Part shown: piece by piece, positions 1 to 9,061 of the stretch
Numbering within the stretch: the first letter of the stretch is position 1
How the letters are laid out: each line of letters begins with the position of its first letter
Source: Pseudomonadota bacterium
Lineage (GTDB): Bacteria; Myxococcota_A; Polyangia; Fen-1088
Length of the DNA stretch: 64,000 nucleotides
Assembly: GCA_023438785.1 (NCBI GenBank)
Contig: JAEXQJ010000259.1
Span: 4,816 to 68,815 of the forward strand
Reading direction: 5' to 3'
Notes under the pieces: generated by a model
What the model saw: the letters and a program-made list of their open reading frames with translations, nothing else
What the model was told of the DNA's origin: nothing
The model's database searches: none
Made by a program: the position numbers and the translations under genes

Positions 1-549
1 CTCCTGCGACAGGCGGCCCACGAAGGCGAAATAGTCACCCGGCTCGTCGCGAAAGGGCAGCAGGTCGAGTGGCAGGCCGTGGTACACGGTCCCCAGCCAA
101 TTGGCGTGCGGCAGCGGCCGCCGTTGCGCATCCGAGATGGAGACCACGGGCATGTCGCTGTACTCGGCGTAGAGCGGTTGCAGAGCCGGAATGTCGAGTC
201 GACCGTGCAGGGTGCTGAGGTTCGGGACGCCCAGGTGGCGAGCCAGGGGAAAATGCAGGTAATCGGTGTGGAAATGGACGACGTCGAAGTCGGCACGTCG
301 GGCTGCCACCCGTTCCAGAGCCGCCAGGTGGCGTGCCACGGGGTCGTCGCAGGTTCCGTCCAGGCGCAGGGCACGTGGACACAGCGGCACCAGGTGCGCC
401 GAGGTGACCGAATCGCCCGAGGCGAACAAGGTTACCTGGTGGCCTTGGCGCACCAATTCCTCGGTGAGGTAGTGCACGATTCGCTCGGTGCCGCCGTACA
501 GCTTGGGCGGCACGCTCTCGAAGAGCGGTGCAACCTGCGCGATGCGCAT
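1..549 (-). CDS. Glycosyltransferase family 4 (GT-B), N-terminal part; CDS continues beyond the window start
   Basis: Not in the ORF track because there is no stop in the window. The reverse complement from ATG at 549-547 reads MRIAQVAPLFESVPPKLYGGTERIVHYLTEELVRQGHQVTLFASGDS..., a typical GT4 N-terminus. It lies 5 nt after the upstream TAA. Confidence 0.7.
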   Translation of the reverse strand, partial: MRIAQVAPLFESVPPKLYGGTERIVHYLTEELVRQGHQVTLFASGDSVTSAHLVPLCPRALRLDGTCDDPVARHLAALERVAARRADFDVVHFHTDYLHFPLARHLGVPNLSTLHGRLDIPALQPLYAEYSDMPVVSISDAQRRPLPHANWLGTVYHGLPLDLLPFRDEPGDYFAFVGRLSQE

Positions 550-554
550 GGGCG

Positions 555-1400
555 TTAGCGACGGGTGCGGGCGGCCTTCTGCACGCGAGAGCGCACGTCG
601 CCTTGCATCTGGTAGTCGACCAGCGTGGCGGTCATCTCCTGGGCCAACCCGGCCAGCTGATCTGCGGAGAGCTGTTCGCTGGCCATCGGGAAGGCGGCGC
701 TCTCTTCTTCGTTGAGATGCTCCTCGACCATCGACTCCAACTCGCGAAGCTTGGGCAACAACTTGGCACTCCATTCAGGCTTCACAATTTCGGCCAGCAG
801 TTGCTTCATCGCTTGGTGTTCCTCGAGCGAGCGGTCGATCATCTCCCGACCCTCGTCGTGGTGGAGGAGGGGATAGAAGTGCCTCTCCTCGATAACCGCA
901 TGGGCATCCAGGAGGTCGGCCAGATCGCTGACCAGCTTCTTCGTGGCAGCCGTCGATTCCTTGCCGCCGGTGATGCGGGCAAAGAGGTCCCGCACGGCGC
1001 GGTGCTGCTCCTGGAGCAGGAGCACGCCATCCATACTCTCGGGCGCGGCCTCCGCAGGACGAGCCTGGGCGCGCGCCGTGCGTCCGCTGGCCCGGCGTTC
1101 GCCGTGGCGACTGGGCCTTTCGCCCTCGGCCGCGCGCACCAGCTTGCAGAACCGACTGGTCCGCCCGCCACTCGTGCGATCCTGATGCAAAAAGGCCAGG
1201 TCCTCCTCGTCGAATTTGTCGAAGAACTCGTCCCAGCTGATTTCGCGCAATTTGCCCTCGCCCGAGTAGCCGGGGAAGTCGATGCGCAAGATGCCGGCCC
1301 CCCCGTCGCCCGTTCCTTTGACGGTGGCCGGGTGCCCACCCCGTTGTTCGACCCAGCGTTTGATGTACCCGTGGTCCTTGGTGACCTGACCTCGCGGCAT
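555..1400 (-). CDS. Two-domain protein: conserved N-terminal domain (KDHGYIKRWVEQRGG...ISWDEFFDKFDEED) fused to a hemerythrin-like HHE cation-binding domain
   Basis: ORF 555..1604 trimmed to ATG at 1400 (MPRGQVTKDHGY) with GGAGG 6 nt upstream. C-terminal H/E-rich helices (HAVIEERHFYPLL, EEHQAMKQLL, MVEEHLNEEE) fit a hemerythrin domain. Appears co-transcribed with the GT4 gene. Confidence 0.75.
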   Translation of the reverse strand: MPRGQVTKDHGYIKRWVEQRGGHPATVKGTGDGGAGILRIDFPGYSGEGKLREISWDEFFDKFDEEDLAFLHQDRTSGGRTSRFCKLVRAAEGERPSRHGERRASGRTARAQARPAEAAPESMDGVLLLQEQHRAVRDLFARITGGKESTAATKKLVSDLADLLDAHAVIEERHFYPLLHHDEGREMIDRSLEEHQAMKQLLAEIVKPEWSAKLLPKLRELESMVEEHLNEEESAAFPMASEQLSADQLAGLAQEMTATLVDYQMQGDVRSRVQKAARTRR

Positions 1401-1549
1401 GTCGCTCCTCCTACCTGGACACCTATGTCCCGTCCCAGGCCTGTCAAACCAGGGCGCAAGCCAAGCGGGCGCGCCGGATGCGATTGCGCACCAAACAAAA
1501 CGGGCCGACCCGAAGGCCGGCCCGTTCAAAGGAGAGGACGGAGCGAGCT

Positions 1550-3283
1550 CTACAGGGGCGGGTAGGCGTTCTTCATCAGCTCCTGGAATTGGGCCGAGAA
1601 CCACTGGCCCGAGATCGGAGCATCAGCCAGCGCGCCCGACATGTTGTTCTTGTTGCGGCCGTTGCCACCATAGGTCGGATCGCACATGCGATCGAACCCC
1701 TTGCCCTCATCGTTCGGGATCTCCTTGCTGGCGCCGTCCGACTCTCCCGGGGGCTTGATCCACACGTAGGCGTGGATGCCATCCTTATTCACGACCTGAG
1801 GTCGCTCTCCCAATCCGGCCCCGGCCTGGTTGCACCAGTTGCCGGCATGGATGCGCCGATCGATGCGGCTCTGGTTGACCTGCGTTTCGATGTCGCTCGA
1901 ACTGCTCGCGCCCGTGGGTCGCGCGCTGCCGCCCCACCCGTTCCGGGAGGTGTCGATCAACATGCCGATCGTGGACTTGAAACCGTTGCTGACCAGCTTC
2001 TGCCGGAAGGCCTTAGCGAAGGTCAGCTCATCCACATACTGGTTGAAGTCAATCCACTTGGACTCCTTGGTCTTCTCGGTGAGCTGCAGGTAGGGCTCCG
2101 AGAGGACTGAGTAGTTGGCCGTGTTGGTGATGAAGCCGGTGACCGTGTCCACGCCGCCCTCGGCGCCCTTGGCCGTGGTGGCGAAGAGGTCGGCGGAGGG
2201 GCCGAAGCTGGTGTCCCACCCGATCCAGCCGTGGTGAGCCGCATCGATGTACGAGTAGGTGTTGCCCAGAGTGTGCAGCTTGCCGAGGGCGTACTGGATG
2301 CCCTTCACGTAGTTGCCATTGGCCTTCATGGTGTCGCACTGGGCCGTGGCTCCCGGCTGCCCTCCCGTGTTGGTGATCAGGTTGGGCAACGAATCGATCT
2401 CGATGATGTTGATGATGCGCAACTTGGCGTAGGCCTTATCGCTCATGATCTTGACGATGACGTCGATGTACTCGCTCTTGTAGCGCTCGATCTCCGTGGG
2501 GCCCAACTCGCCGTTGGACGCCAGGGCGGCGCAATCGCGGCCGGGCAGGTTGTAGATGACAATTTGGATGTAGCCCGCGTTCTGTTTGATGGCCTCGTCC
2601 AAGTGGTCGCGCAGGCCCATGCTGCCGTCGCCGCCATAGATGGCCGCGATGCGGTCCATCCACACGCCGGTGGGCGTGTTGGAGATGCGGCTGCCTTCGG
2701 GCTCGGCCTCGGCCTTGGCGCGCCACAAGGGGTTCACGTATCCGGTGGCGCCCTGATAGGGATTCTCGACGCGAGGCGCGTAGTCCGAGGAGTCCGCGGG
2801 AACGATGGCAGGGCCGGGGATCTCGCGAGGCCCGGTGCCCGTGCCCGTGTTGGTCTTCGTGCTGCCCGAACCACCGCCCGAACTTCCGGTCTCCACGGCC
2901 GTGGAGGTGAGGACCACGGTCTTGGTTTCGCTAACGGTCTCGATTCCCGTCACGGTGATTGTCACGGTGGCGGTGACGCTCTGGGTTTCGACCTGCGTCT
3001 GAGTGGCGGTGGCCGTGACGGTGTTGGTGCCGTCCATGGCGGTGACCGTGCCCGTGCCCACCGTGGTGACTGTCACGGTGAAAGACATTGTCCCGGTCTG
3101 AGTGGTGATCGCGGTGCGCGTGCTGGTCTCGACGGCGGTGCCCGTGCTGGTCGTGACGACCGTGTGCGAGTCATTGGACTTGCCACCGTCGCTGTCGCTG
3201 CCGGAACAGGCTGCCATCGGCAGGAGCAGCAACAGTCCGAGGGGTACCCAGGGTGTCCAGTGGCCGTGTCGGGTCTTTCTCAT
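1550..3283 (-). CDS. GH6 cellulase/cellobiohydrolase, secreted lipoprotein with Thr-rich linker
   Basis: ORF 1550..3376 trimmed to ATG at 3283 (MRKTRHG...LLLLLPMAACSG lipobox). GH6 hallmarks are present: GRDCAALASNGE, YIDAAHHGWIGWDTSFGPSADLF and GNWCNQAGAGLGERP. A long T/G/S linker follows the signal peptide. Confidence 0.9.
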   Translation of the reverse strand: MRKTRHGHWTPWVPLGLLLLLPMAACSGSDSDGGKSNDSHTVVTTSTGTAVETSTRTAITTQTGTMSFTVTVTTVGTGTVTAMDGTNTVTATATQTQVETQSVTATVTITVTGIETVSETKTVVLTSTAVETGSSGGGSGSTKTNTGTGTGPREIPGPAIVPADSSDYAPRVENPYQGATGYVNPLWRAKAEAEPEGSRISNTPTGVWMDRIAAIYGGDGSMGLRDHLDEAIKQNAGYIQIVIYNLPGRDCAALASNGELGPTEIERYKSEYIDVIVKIMSDKAYAKLRIINIIEIDSLPNLITNTGGQPGATAQCDTMKANGNYVKGIQYALGKLHTLGNTYSYIDAAHHGWIGWDTSFGPSADLFATTAKGAEGGVDTVTGFITNTANYSVLSEPYLQLTEKTKESKWIDFNQYVDELTFAKAFRQKLVSNGFKSTIGMLIDTSRNGWGGSARPTGASSSSDIETQVNQSRIDRRIHAGNWCNQAGAGLGERPQVVNKDGIHAYVWIKPPGESDGASKEIPNDEGKGFDRMCDPTYGGNGRNKNNMSGALADAPISGQWFSAQFQELMKNAYPPL

Positions 3284-3637
3284 TGCGTCACTATCCTTGT
3301 GCTCAGGGGAGGGCGAGTTGCGTCGATGGACGCACCAATGGCCTCGACTCAGCTTTCCCAACACGAAGCCCGGCACTCAGGACAAAGCTGGATCAGGGCG
3401 CCTAAGCTTGGAGTCTATGTAGACATGACAGCGACAGGTGGGAGAGTGGGAACCATTGTCGATCGGAAATTCGACAAGCACTCTCGCCCAGTTACGCGGT
3501 CGAGAAGGCGTGAGGTGATCCAAGGTAGGATGACGCGGGAAGAGGTTGGCGCGCGTTGTTAGCCGTCCCGCCTGGACCCCGCCGGTTCGAGTCGCCAGTC
3601 TTCTGCCCTGCGCTCGGCCGGGGCCGGGGTCGCCCCC

Positions 3638-4804
3638 CTACGGGATGAGCACGACGCGCTGACACCCATACACGAAGCTGATCTGCCCATCTCGCGAGGT
3701 GTTAACGCGTTCGCAGGTCTGGGGGCACAGCACGACCTTGGTGGGCTTGTCGGGGTTGTCGTAGTACCAACCCTTGCTGCCCGCCTTGTCGCAGTCGGCC
3801 TGTTTTACGCTCACCAGAGTCTCCTTGCTGGCGTAGTCCGTGAAGGTGACGTTCACCGCGTTGAAGTCCAAGTCGCCCTTCTCGGGCGGTGGAACCGTGT
3901 AATCGCACGTCAGGGTCTGGTTGCGGATGGCATCCAGGGCGGCGATGAACTGCTTGTCCACGTCCGCGGCCGTCGAGATGAGCGTGGCCTTCGCGGTGCC
4001 GCCCGCGACGGCGATGCTATCGAGCGCGGTCAATTCGCTGCCCACGCCGATAACGTAGACGGGGACCTTGGGCGCGCCCGCGTAGGCCTGGCCGCCAGCC
4101 ACGCGGCCCGCCGCCAACACGGCCTCTTCCAGCGAATTGGGCGGCGTGCTGCCGGCGCAGGTTCCGTCGGGAATGCCGTCCGTCGCCACCACGAGCACGG
4201 TGCGGTGATCGGGATGCGCCTGGGCCCACTCGGCCATGTACCTGCCCATGCCGTCCAGCGCCTGCACCAAGGGGGTGCCGCCGCTCATGCGCTGTCCGGC
4301 GAGCGACGCGCGCAAGGCATCGCCCACGCCGGGCAGCACGCCCATCTCCAGCGCGGGTTTGGTGTATCCCTCCTCGTCGCACGACAGCCGCAGGGGGAAG
4401 TACTGCAGGGCCATGGCCACGTTGGTATAGCGGGAACTCTGGGACACGATGCCCAGGGCGCCCGATACCTTGATCCACTTGTTCTCGTAGTCCATGGACG
4501 CCGACGTGTCGACGAGCAGGCCCAGGTCGAGCGGCGTGAGGTTCACCTTCTGCGTGCTGGTCGCGCACGTGTCCGCATCTCCAGGCGGTAGGCGATCTAC
4601 GGTCACAATGTCGGAGGTGGCGTCCCCCGGCATGTAGCTGATCGCGTCGCTCGTGCCGGCATCGTATTTTCCGTTCTGTCCTCCCGCGCCTCCCGTCCCG
4701 CTGCCACCGCCCTCTGGCGTTCTCTTCACGCCGCCACTGCCGCACGCGGGAATTGCCAGGGCCAGCGTTAACAGAGTGGTGCGTATGCTTCGATTGACCT
4801 TCAT
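3638..4804 (-). CDS. von Willebrand factor type A (VWA) domain lipoprotein
   Basis: ORF trimmed to ATG at 4804 (MKVNRSIRTTLLTLALAIPACGSGG). A MIDAS-like LVDTSASM motif precedes the VWA fold. GAGGA sits upstream. The gene is 8 bp downstream of the Cys-rich lipoprotein gene. Confidence 0.8.
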   Translation of the reverse strand: MKVNRSIRTTLLTLALAIPACGSGGVKRTPEGGGSGTGGAGGQNGKYDAGTSDAISYMPGDATSDIVTVDRLPPGDADTCATSTQKVNLTPLDLGLLVDTSASMDYENKWIKVSGALGIVSQSSRYTNVAMALQYFPLRLSCDEEGYTKPALEMGVLPGVGDALRASLAGQRMSGGTPLVQALDGMGRYMAEWAQAHPDHRTVLVVATDGIPDGTCAGSTPPNSLEEAVLAAGRVAGGQAYAGAPKVPVYVIGVGSELTALDSIAVAGGTAKATLISTAADVDKQFIAALDAIRNQTLTCDYTVPPPEKGDLDFNAVNVTFTDYASKETLVSVKQADCDKAGSKGWYYDNPDKPTKVVLCPQTCERVNTSRDGQISFVYGCQRVVLIP

Positions 4805-4812
4805 CGCCGTCC

Positions 4813-6738
4813 TCAGCAGGGGCCGCAGTTCAGTGTGCTGCCGCACTTGTCGTCCACGATTCCGCACTTGCCCGCGCATGTCGCCTTGGCGCAGCCACAC
4901 TCGTTGGACCTGCCGCTGCCTCCACAGGTCTCGTGAGGATTGGTGCAATCACAGGTCACGTTGACACCGCAGCCGTTGGGGAACGAGCCGCACTGGCCGG
5001 GGAAGTCGGCGCAGGTCTTGGCCGGGCAGGAGCAGGTGCCGGCAACCCCAGGCGTCGTGGAACTGCACGTGTTCCCGGTTCCGGCGCAGGGACAATCCAT
5101 CGTTCCGCCGAGACCATCGGGCAGCCTGGTGCCGCACTTGCCCGCGCAGCTATTCCGGCACTTGCCGTTCACGCACTCTTGCCCGCCGGGACAGCCGATC
5201 CAGCGGGTGCCGCACTCGTTGCTCACGTTCCCGCAGGTGCCCGTGGGCGCCGTGGGCAGGGTGCAGCAGTGGCCGTCCTTGCACACCTGATTCTCGCCGG
5301 TGCAGCCGAACTCCCGGCTGCCGCAGCTGTTGGTCGCGGTGCCACACTCGGCGCCGCCCAGCGCGCTCCTGTCGGGCAAGGTGCAGCACTTGTGGTCCGG
5401 GCCGCAGCCCTGTCCGTTCGGACAGGCGAAGTCCTTGCTGGCCCCGCAATCACTTGTCACGCGGCCACACTCCCAGCCCGGGGGCAGCGAGGTAGGCGGC
5501 GCGCAGCACACGCCCACGCCGTCGTTGTCCGGATCCACGCAGTCTGCGTTGTCCTTCCAGCAGTCGAAGCAGTTCAGCTTGCCGCCACACCCGTCGGGCA
5601 CGTTCCAGCCGCACACGCGCGGCGGGCCCGCGAGATCGTCGCAGGTCTTGGGTACGCACAGCTTCTCGCACTTGCCGTCGTCGTTGCACTTGAAGCCCGT
5701 GGGGCACGTGCCGCAGTCCACGCTCGACTTGCAGGCGTCGATGGCCGGGCCGCACTCGCGTCCCTCGGTGATGCACACCAAGGGGCGCGGCGGAACGTTG
5801 CAGCGGTTGGCCACACCGCCCGTGGCGCATTCCTTGCCCGAGGGGCAGTCACCGCAGTCGACGGTTTTGCCGCACCCATCGGTGACGAAGCCACACTCGT
5901 TGCCCAGGCCGGCGCAGGCCTGAGCCTTGGTCATGGGCGTGCACGTGCCACCCTCGGAGACGGGCTTCAGCTCGCAGGTGTTGAAGGCCGGGTTGCACAC
6001 GCGTCCGGTGGGGCAGGCCCCGCAGTCGGTCAACTCTGTAGTCGGACCACAACCCAACCAGGCCTCGCCGCAGGCGATACCCATGGCCGAGCAGGCGCCC
6101 GCCGCCTGCGCGGGCAACGTGCACGCGACGCAGCGGTTGGTATCGGGATTACACTCCTGACCGGTGGGGCAGGTGCCGCAATCGAGCACCGTCCCACAGC
6201 TATTGCGGATGCGGCCGCACTCGGCGCCCAGATCGGCGCACACCACCTTGGGCGTCACGCAGCGGTGCAAGGTCGGATCGCACGCCAGCCCCTTGGCGCA
6301 GGTTTCACACTCGAGGGTCTGGCCCGTGCACAGATCCAGCACGCTGCCACACAGACCCGTGCAGTCGGTGTATTGGGGCGTGCAGGTCAAGCCGACCTCA
6401 CCGCCGTCCGCCCAGGCATTTCCGTCGGCATCGAGCGCGGGGCCGCTGTCGACCAGCGGTTCGACCCGATCGGCCGGTTGCGTGTCGAGGGAGCGGGCGT
6501 CGGTGACCGGAACGGGAGCATCGGCGTTGCGGGTGTCGCCGGAGCGGCTGTCGCCGGGGGGCGAACGCAGATCCACGGCCGCGTCGTTGGCGTGCTTCTC
6601 GCCCGTCGGTGAGCACCCCGCTAGGAGCAGCGCGCTCAGCAGAGCCGTGGTGGCCCACCAGGGGGACGCCCAACGCCCATCTTTCACGCCGCTCGTCGGT
6701 ACGGACTTCTCGTGTACGCTCGCGTTTCGCTTCGCCAT
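4813..6738 (-). CDS. Secreted lipoprotein with about 11 tandem Cys-rich repeats (C-x-x-x-G-x-C-G-x(4-5)-C-G-x(2-3)-D-C-G-x-C-P-x-G-x-x-C-N)
   Basis: ORF 4813..6981 trimmed to ATG at 6738 (MAKRNASV...ALLSALLLAGCSPTGEK lipobox). The body consists of repeats of about 36-40 aa with 6-7 conserved Cys, for example VCADLGAECGRIRNSCGTVLDCGTCPTGQECNPDTNRC. Confidence 0.8.
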   Translation of the reverse strand: MAKRNASVHEKSVPTSGVKDGRWASPWWATTALLSALLLAGCSPTGEKHANDAAVDLRSPPGDSRSGDTRNADAPVPVTDARSLDTQPADRVEPLVDSGPALDADGNAWADGGEVGLTCTPQYTDCTGLCGSVLDLCTGQTLECETCAKGLACDPTLHRCVTPKVVCADLGAECGRIRNSCGTVLDCGTCPTGQECNPDTNRCVACTLPAQAAGACSAMGIACGEAWLGCGPTTELTDCGACPTGRVCNPAFNTCELKPVSEGGTCTPMTKAQACAGLGNECGFVTDGCGKTVDCGDCPSGKECATGGVANRCNVPPRPLVCITEGRECGPAIDACKSSVDCGTCPTGFKCNDDGKCEKLCVPKTCDDLAGPPRVCGWNVPDGCGGKLNCFDCWKDNADCVDPDNDGVGVCCAPPTSLPPGWECGRVTSDCGASKDFACPNGQGCGPDHKCCTLPDRSALGGAECGTATNSCGSREFGCTGENQVCKDGHCCTLPTAPTGTCGNVSNECGTRWIGCPGGQECVNGKCRNSCAGKCGTRLPDGLGGTMDCPCAGTGNTCSSTTPGVAGTCSCPAKTCADFPGQCGSFPNGCGVNVTCDCTNPHETCGGSGRSNECGCAKATCAGKCGIVDDKCGSTLNCGPC

Positions 6739-6826
6739 AGGTCTGTTCACCTCGGTAGGCCGGACTTCATCTTTATACGGGAACGCGAACACTGCGTCGC
6801 GAAGAAACCGAGGCAGCCGGCGGTGC

Positions 6827-6860
6827 GCGCCCGTGCGGGAGTGCGTGTGCGCACGGGCGC
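6827..6860. promoter_or_regulatory. Perfect 11-bp inverted repeat (GCGCCCGTGCG-N12-CGCACGGGCGC) in a divergent intergenic region
   Basis: Seen directly in the sequence between the start of the Cys-rich lipoprotein operon (6738, minus) and the NTase operon (6993, plus). No U-tract follows, so an operator is more likely than a terminator. Confidence 0.3.
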
Positions 6861-6992
6861 GGCGTCGTCGACGAACCGAAGCCGCGGGTCCTTCGTACAC
6901 ATGTGGTGCGCGTGTGCGCGTGCGGCGACATGTGATGCCGTTGTCCACTTGCTGCCCGAGCGAGCGGACCCATCCTCCCAAATGGGGGTAGT

Positions 6993-7658
6993 GTGGCGGG
7001 CGCGGATCGCGAACCGGCAGACAACCAGGCCTTCGAGGACGTCCTCGACGAGGCCGTCTTGGCCCTCGACGGCAGCGGCTTGCGCTACGCGGTGATGGGC
7101 GGCATTGCGGCCACCGCGTTGGGCGGCTATCGCCACACCCATGACATCGATGTATTCGTGAAGCCGGATGACGCCGAGGCGACCTTGGGCACCCTGGGCC
7201 GCAGCGGATTCGCCACCGAGAGGACCGACCCTCACTGGCTGTTCAAGGCCGTCAAGCGCGACATCACCGTGGACATCATCTTCAAGTCCGCGGGGGCCGT
7301 GTACTTCGACGAGAGCATGATCGAGCGCTCGGCCAAGGTGGACTTCCGTGGCCGCAAGATCCGTGTCATCGCGCCCGAGGACCTCTTCGTCATCAAAGCG
7401 TTGGTGCTCAACGAGCACAACCTGAGCCTGGATGAGCACTGCGTCCGCCACTTGAACGATCTGCTGGCCATCGTGCGTTCGTGCTCGCTGGATTGGGACT
7501 ACCTCCTGCGGCGGGCGCGCCTGGGACCGCGGCGCGTGTTGGGCCTGCTGCTCTACGCGCAGTCATTGGACCTGCTGGTCCCGGATCACCCGATCCGCGA
7601 GCTGGTCGACATGCTGCAACTGGGGAAGCGCTATGCTGAGTCAGACCGCAAAGGATGA
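6993..7658 (+). CDS. Pol-beta superfamily nucleotidyltransferase-family protein (uncharacterised NTase family)
   Basis: GTG start as given by the ORF track. The motif GG-x9-G-x5-D-I-D (MGGIAATALGGYRHTHDIDVF) is the minimal NTase signature. The start is uncertain. Confidence 0.6.
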   Translation: MAGADREPADNQAFEDVLDEAVLALDGSGLRYAVMGGIAATALGGYRHTHDIDVFVKPDDAEATLGTLGRSGFATERTDPHWLFKAVKRDITVDIIFKSAGAVYFDESMIERSAKVDFRGRKIRVIAPEDLFVIKALVLNEHNLSLDEHCVRHLNDLLAIVRSCSLDWDYLLRRARLGPRRVLGLLLYAQSLDLLVPDHPIRELVDMLQLGKRYAESDRKG

Positions 7659-7902
7659 ACCGCGCTATCTGGCGCCGCGCATTCGGCAGGCTTTGGCCGA
7701 CGACGCCCGCGTCAGCATGTTGGACATCAAGGTGCTGGTGAAGGACAGGGTTATCCACATCATGGGCCAGGTGGATACGGGGGAGCGGCGCGAGGCCGTG
7801 CGCGAGGTGGTGGCACAAGCAGCCCCGGGCTTCGAGGTGCGGGACGAGACCACGGAACTGGAACTGGCGCCGCCCGGGCATCCCGAGGTGATCGTTGATT
7901 AG
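7633..7902 (+). CDS. Small BON-domain protein
   Basis: 89 aa. ARVSMLDIKVLVKDRVIHIMGQVDTGERREAVREVVAQAAPGFEVRDE matches the BON fold pattern. It overlaps the NTase 3' end by 25 nt and the next gene by TTGATTAG. Confidence 0.5.
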   Translation: MLSQTAKDEPRYLAPRIRQALADDARVSMLDIKVLVKDRVIHIMGQVDTGERREAVREVVAQAAPGFEVRDETTELELAPPGHPEVIVD

Positions 7903-8635
7903 GGTCGCTGCCATCGCAGACATGCACTTCTCGGAGACGTCCGGCGGGACGTTGCGGCGCTATTGGGCGGCCATCAACGAGGTGGCGGACGTGCTGCTCA
8001 TCGCGGGCGACCTGACCACGCATGGCGAGCCCGAGCAGGCCATGGTCTTGGCCGAGGAGCTGGCCGTGGTCCAGGTCCCCATCGTCCTGGTCTTGGGCAA
8101 TCACGAGTACCAGAGCGGCAAGGAGGCGGAGCTGCGCCGTCGCTTGGAGGCGCGCAAGCTGACCGTGCTCGAGGGTGAGCGCATCGAGCTGCAGATCAAC
8201 GGCCATCGCCTGGCCGTGGTGGGCACCAAAGGTTTTGGCGGCGGCTTTGCGGGCGCCTGTGGCACCGCCTTCGGTGAGCCCGAGATGAAGGCGTTCATCC
8301 GCCACACCGAGAGACTGGCCGCCGTCCTGGAGGCCGAGCTCGCCGGAAGCTCCGCCGATTTCCGCGTGGCGCTGACCCACTATTCGCCCATCAAGGACAC
8401 GGTCATGGGCGAGCGTCTGGAGATCTTTCCCTTCTTGGGCAGCTACCTTCTGGCCGAGGCCATCGACCGGGCGGGTGCCGATCTGGTGGTCCACGGCCAC
8501 GCCCACCACGGCACGCACAAGGGCGTCACCTCGTGCGGGATCCCGGTGCGCAACGTGGCCATGCCCATGCTGCGCTCGCCCTACGTGATCTTCCACCTGA
8601 CCCGCGGCGCTGCTGCGCCCTGGGCCACCCGCTGA
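7895..8635 (+). CDS. Calcineurin-like metallophosphoesterase
   Basis: TTG start (IRVAAIADMHF). Motifs DxH (ADMHF), GDL(T), GNHE and GHAHH are present. An alternative ATG lies at 7922. Confidence 0.8.
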   Translation: MIRVAAIADMHFSETSGGTLRRYWAAINEVADVLLIAGDLTTHGEPEQAMVLAEELAVVQVPIVLVLGNHEYQSGKEAELRRRLEARKLTVLEGERIELQINGHRLAVVGTKGFGGGFAGACGTAFGEPEMKAFIRHTERLAAVLEAELAGSSADFRVALTHYSPIKDTVMGERLEIFPFLGSYLLAEAIDRAGADLVVHGHAHHGTHKGVTSCGIPVRNVAMPMLRSPYVIFHLTRGAAAPWATR

Positions 8636-8655
8636 GAAAGCCACGCGACGCTGAT

Positions 8656-8871
8656 TCAGTCGCGTGAATCCAGGGCGTGGGCCAGGGTCCAGCCGACGGC
8701 AAACGCACCCAGCAAGAAGAGCGCGGCGTGCTCGCGGTACCAGGCCCGCCAGTCTGCAGCCTGTTGCACCTGCGAGCGTAGGCCGGCCAGGCGCTGGGCC
8801 ACCCGTTCGCGCTTGGCGGCCACTTCCGCCTCAAGAGTCTGCAAGTCCTGCTCACCGGTGTTCCTCGGCAT
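8656..8871 (-). CDS. DUF883 (YqjD/ElaB-like) membrane-anchored small protein
   Basis: ORF trimmed to ATG at 8871 with GGAGGGGG upstream. It has a coiled-coil N-terminus and a C-terminal hydrophobic anchor (HAALFLLGAFAVGW). Confidence 0.6.
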   Translation of the reverse strand: MPRNTGEQDLQTLEAEVAAKRERVAQRLAGLRSQVQQAADWRAWYREHAALFLLGAFAVGWTLAHALDSRD

Positions 8872-9061
8872 GATGTCCCCCTCCCGAGCCATGCGAACGC
8901 GGTGCCGGGTGAAGCATCTCGGAATACGCGTCGCCGATGGGGGCACGGCGCACATTGCGCACGCCTGCCTCCCGCGCGCAGAGCGCTCGCCACGATGCCA
9001 CCCCGGCTTCGGTTACCGCGAGGGAACCGGCGTTACGCCAGCGTAACTCGACCCGTGCCGG

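Noticed and set aside
528-1565. Plus-strand 345-aa ORF and 79-558 ORF overlapping the hemerythrin and GT4 genes
   Set aside because: The opposite strand carries recognisable GT4 and hemerythrin sequences with RBS and coupling. The plus-strand products are low complexity.
2231-3562. Plus-strand 443-aa ORF over the GH6 gene
   Set aside because: It is antisense to a confidently identified GH6 cellulase, and its translation is rich in Val, Asp, Gly and Arg repeats.
4933-6612. Long plus-strand ORF (559 aa) and several others (4940-5290, 5300-5923, 6164-6991) opposite the Cys-rich lipoprotein gene
   Set aside because: They are antisense to a gene with a clear lipoprotein signal and repeat structure. 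They translate to Ala/Arg/Gly-rich low-complexity sequence typical of the antisense frames of high-GC genes.
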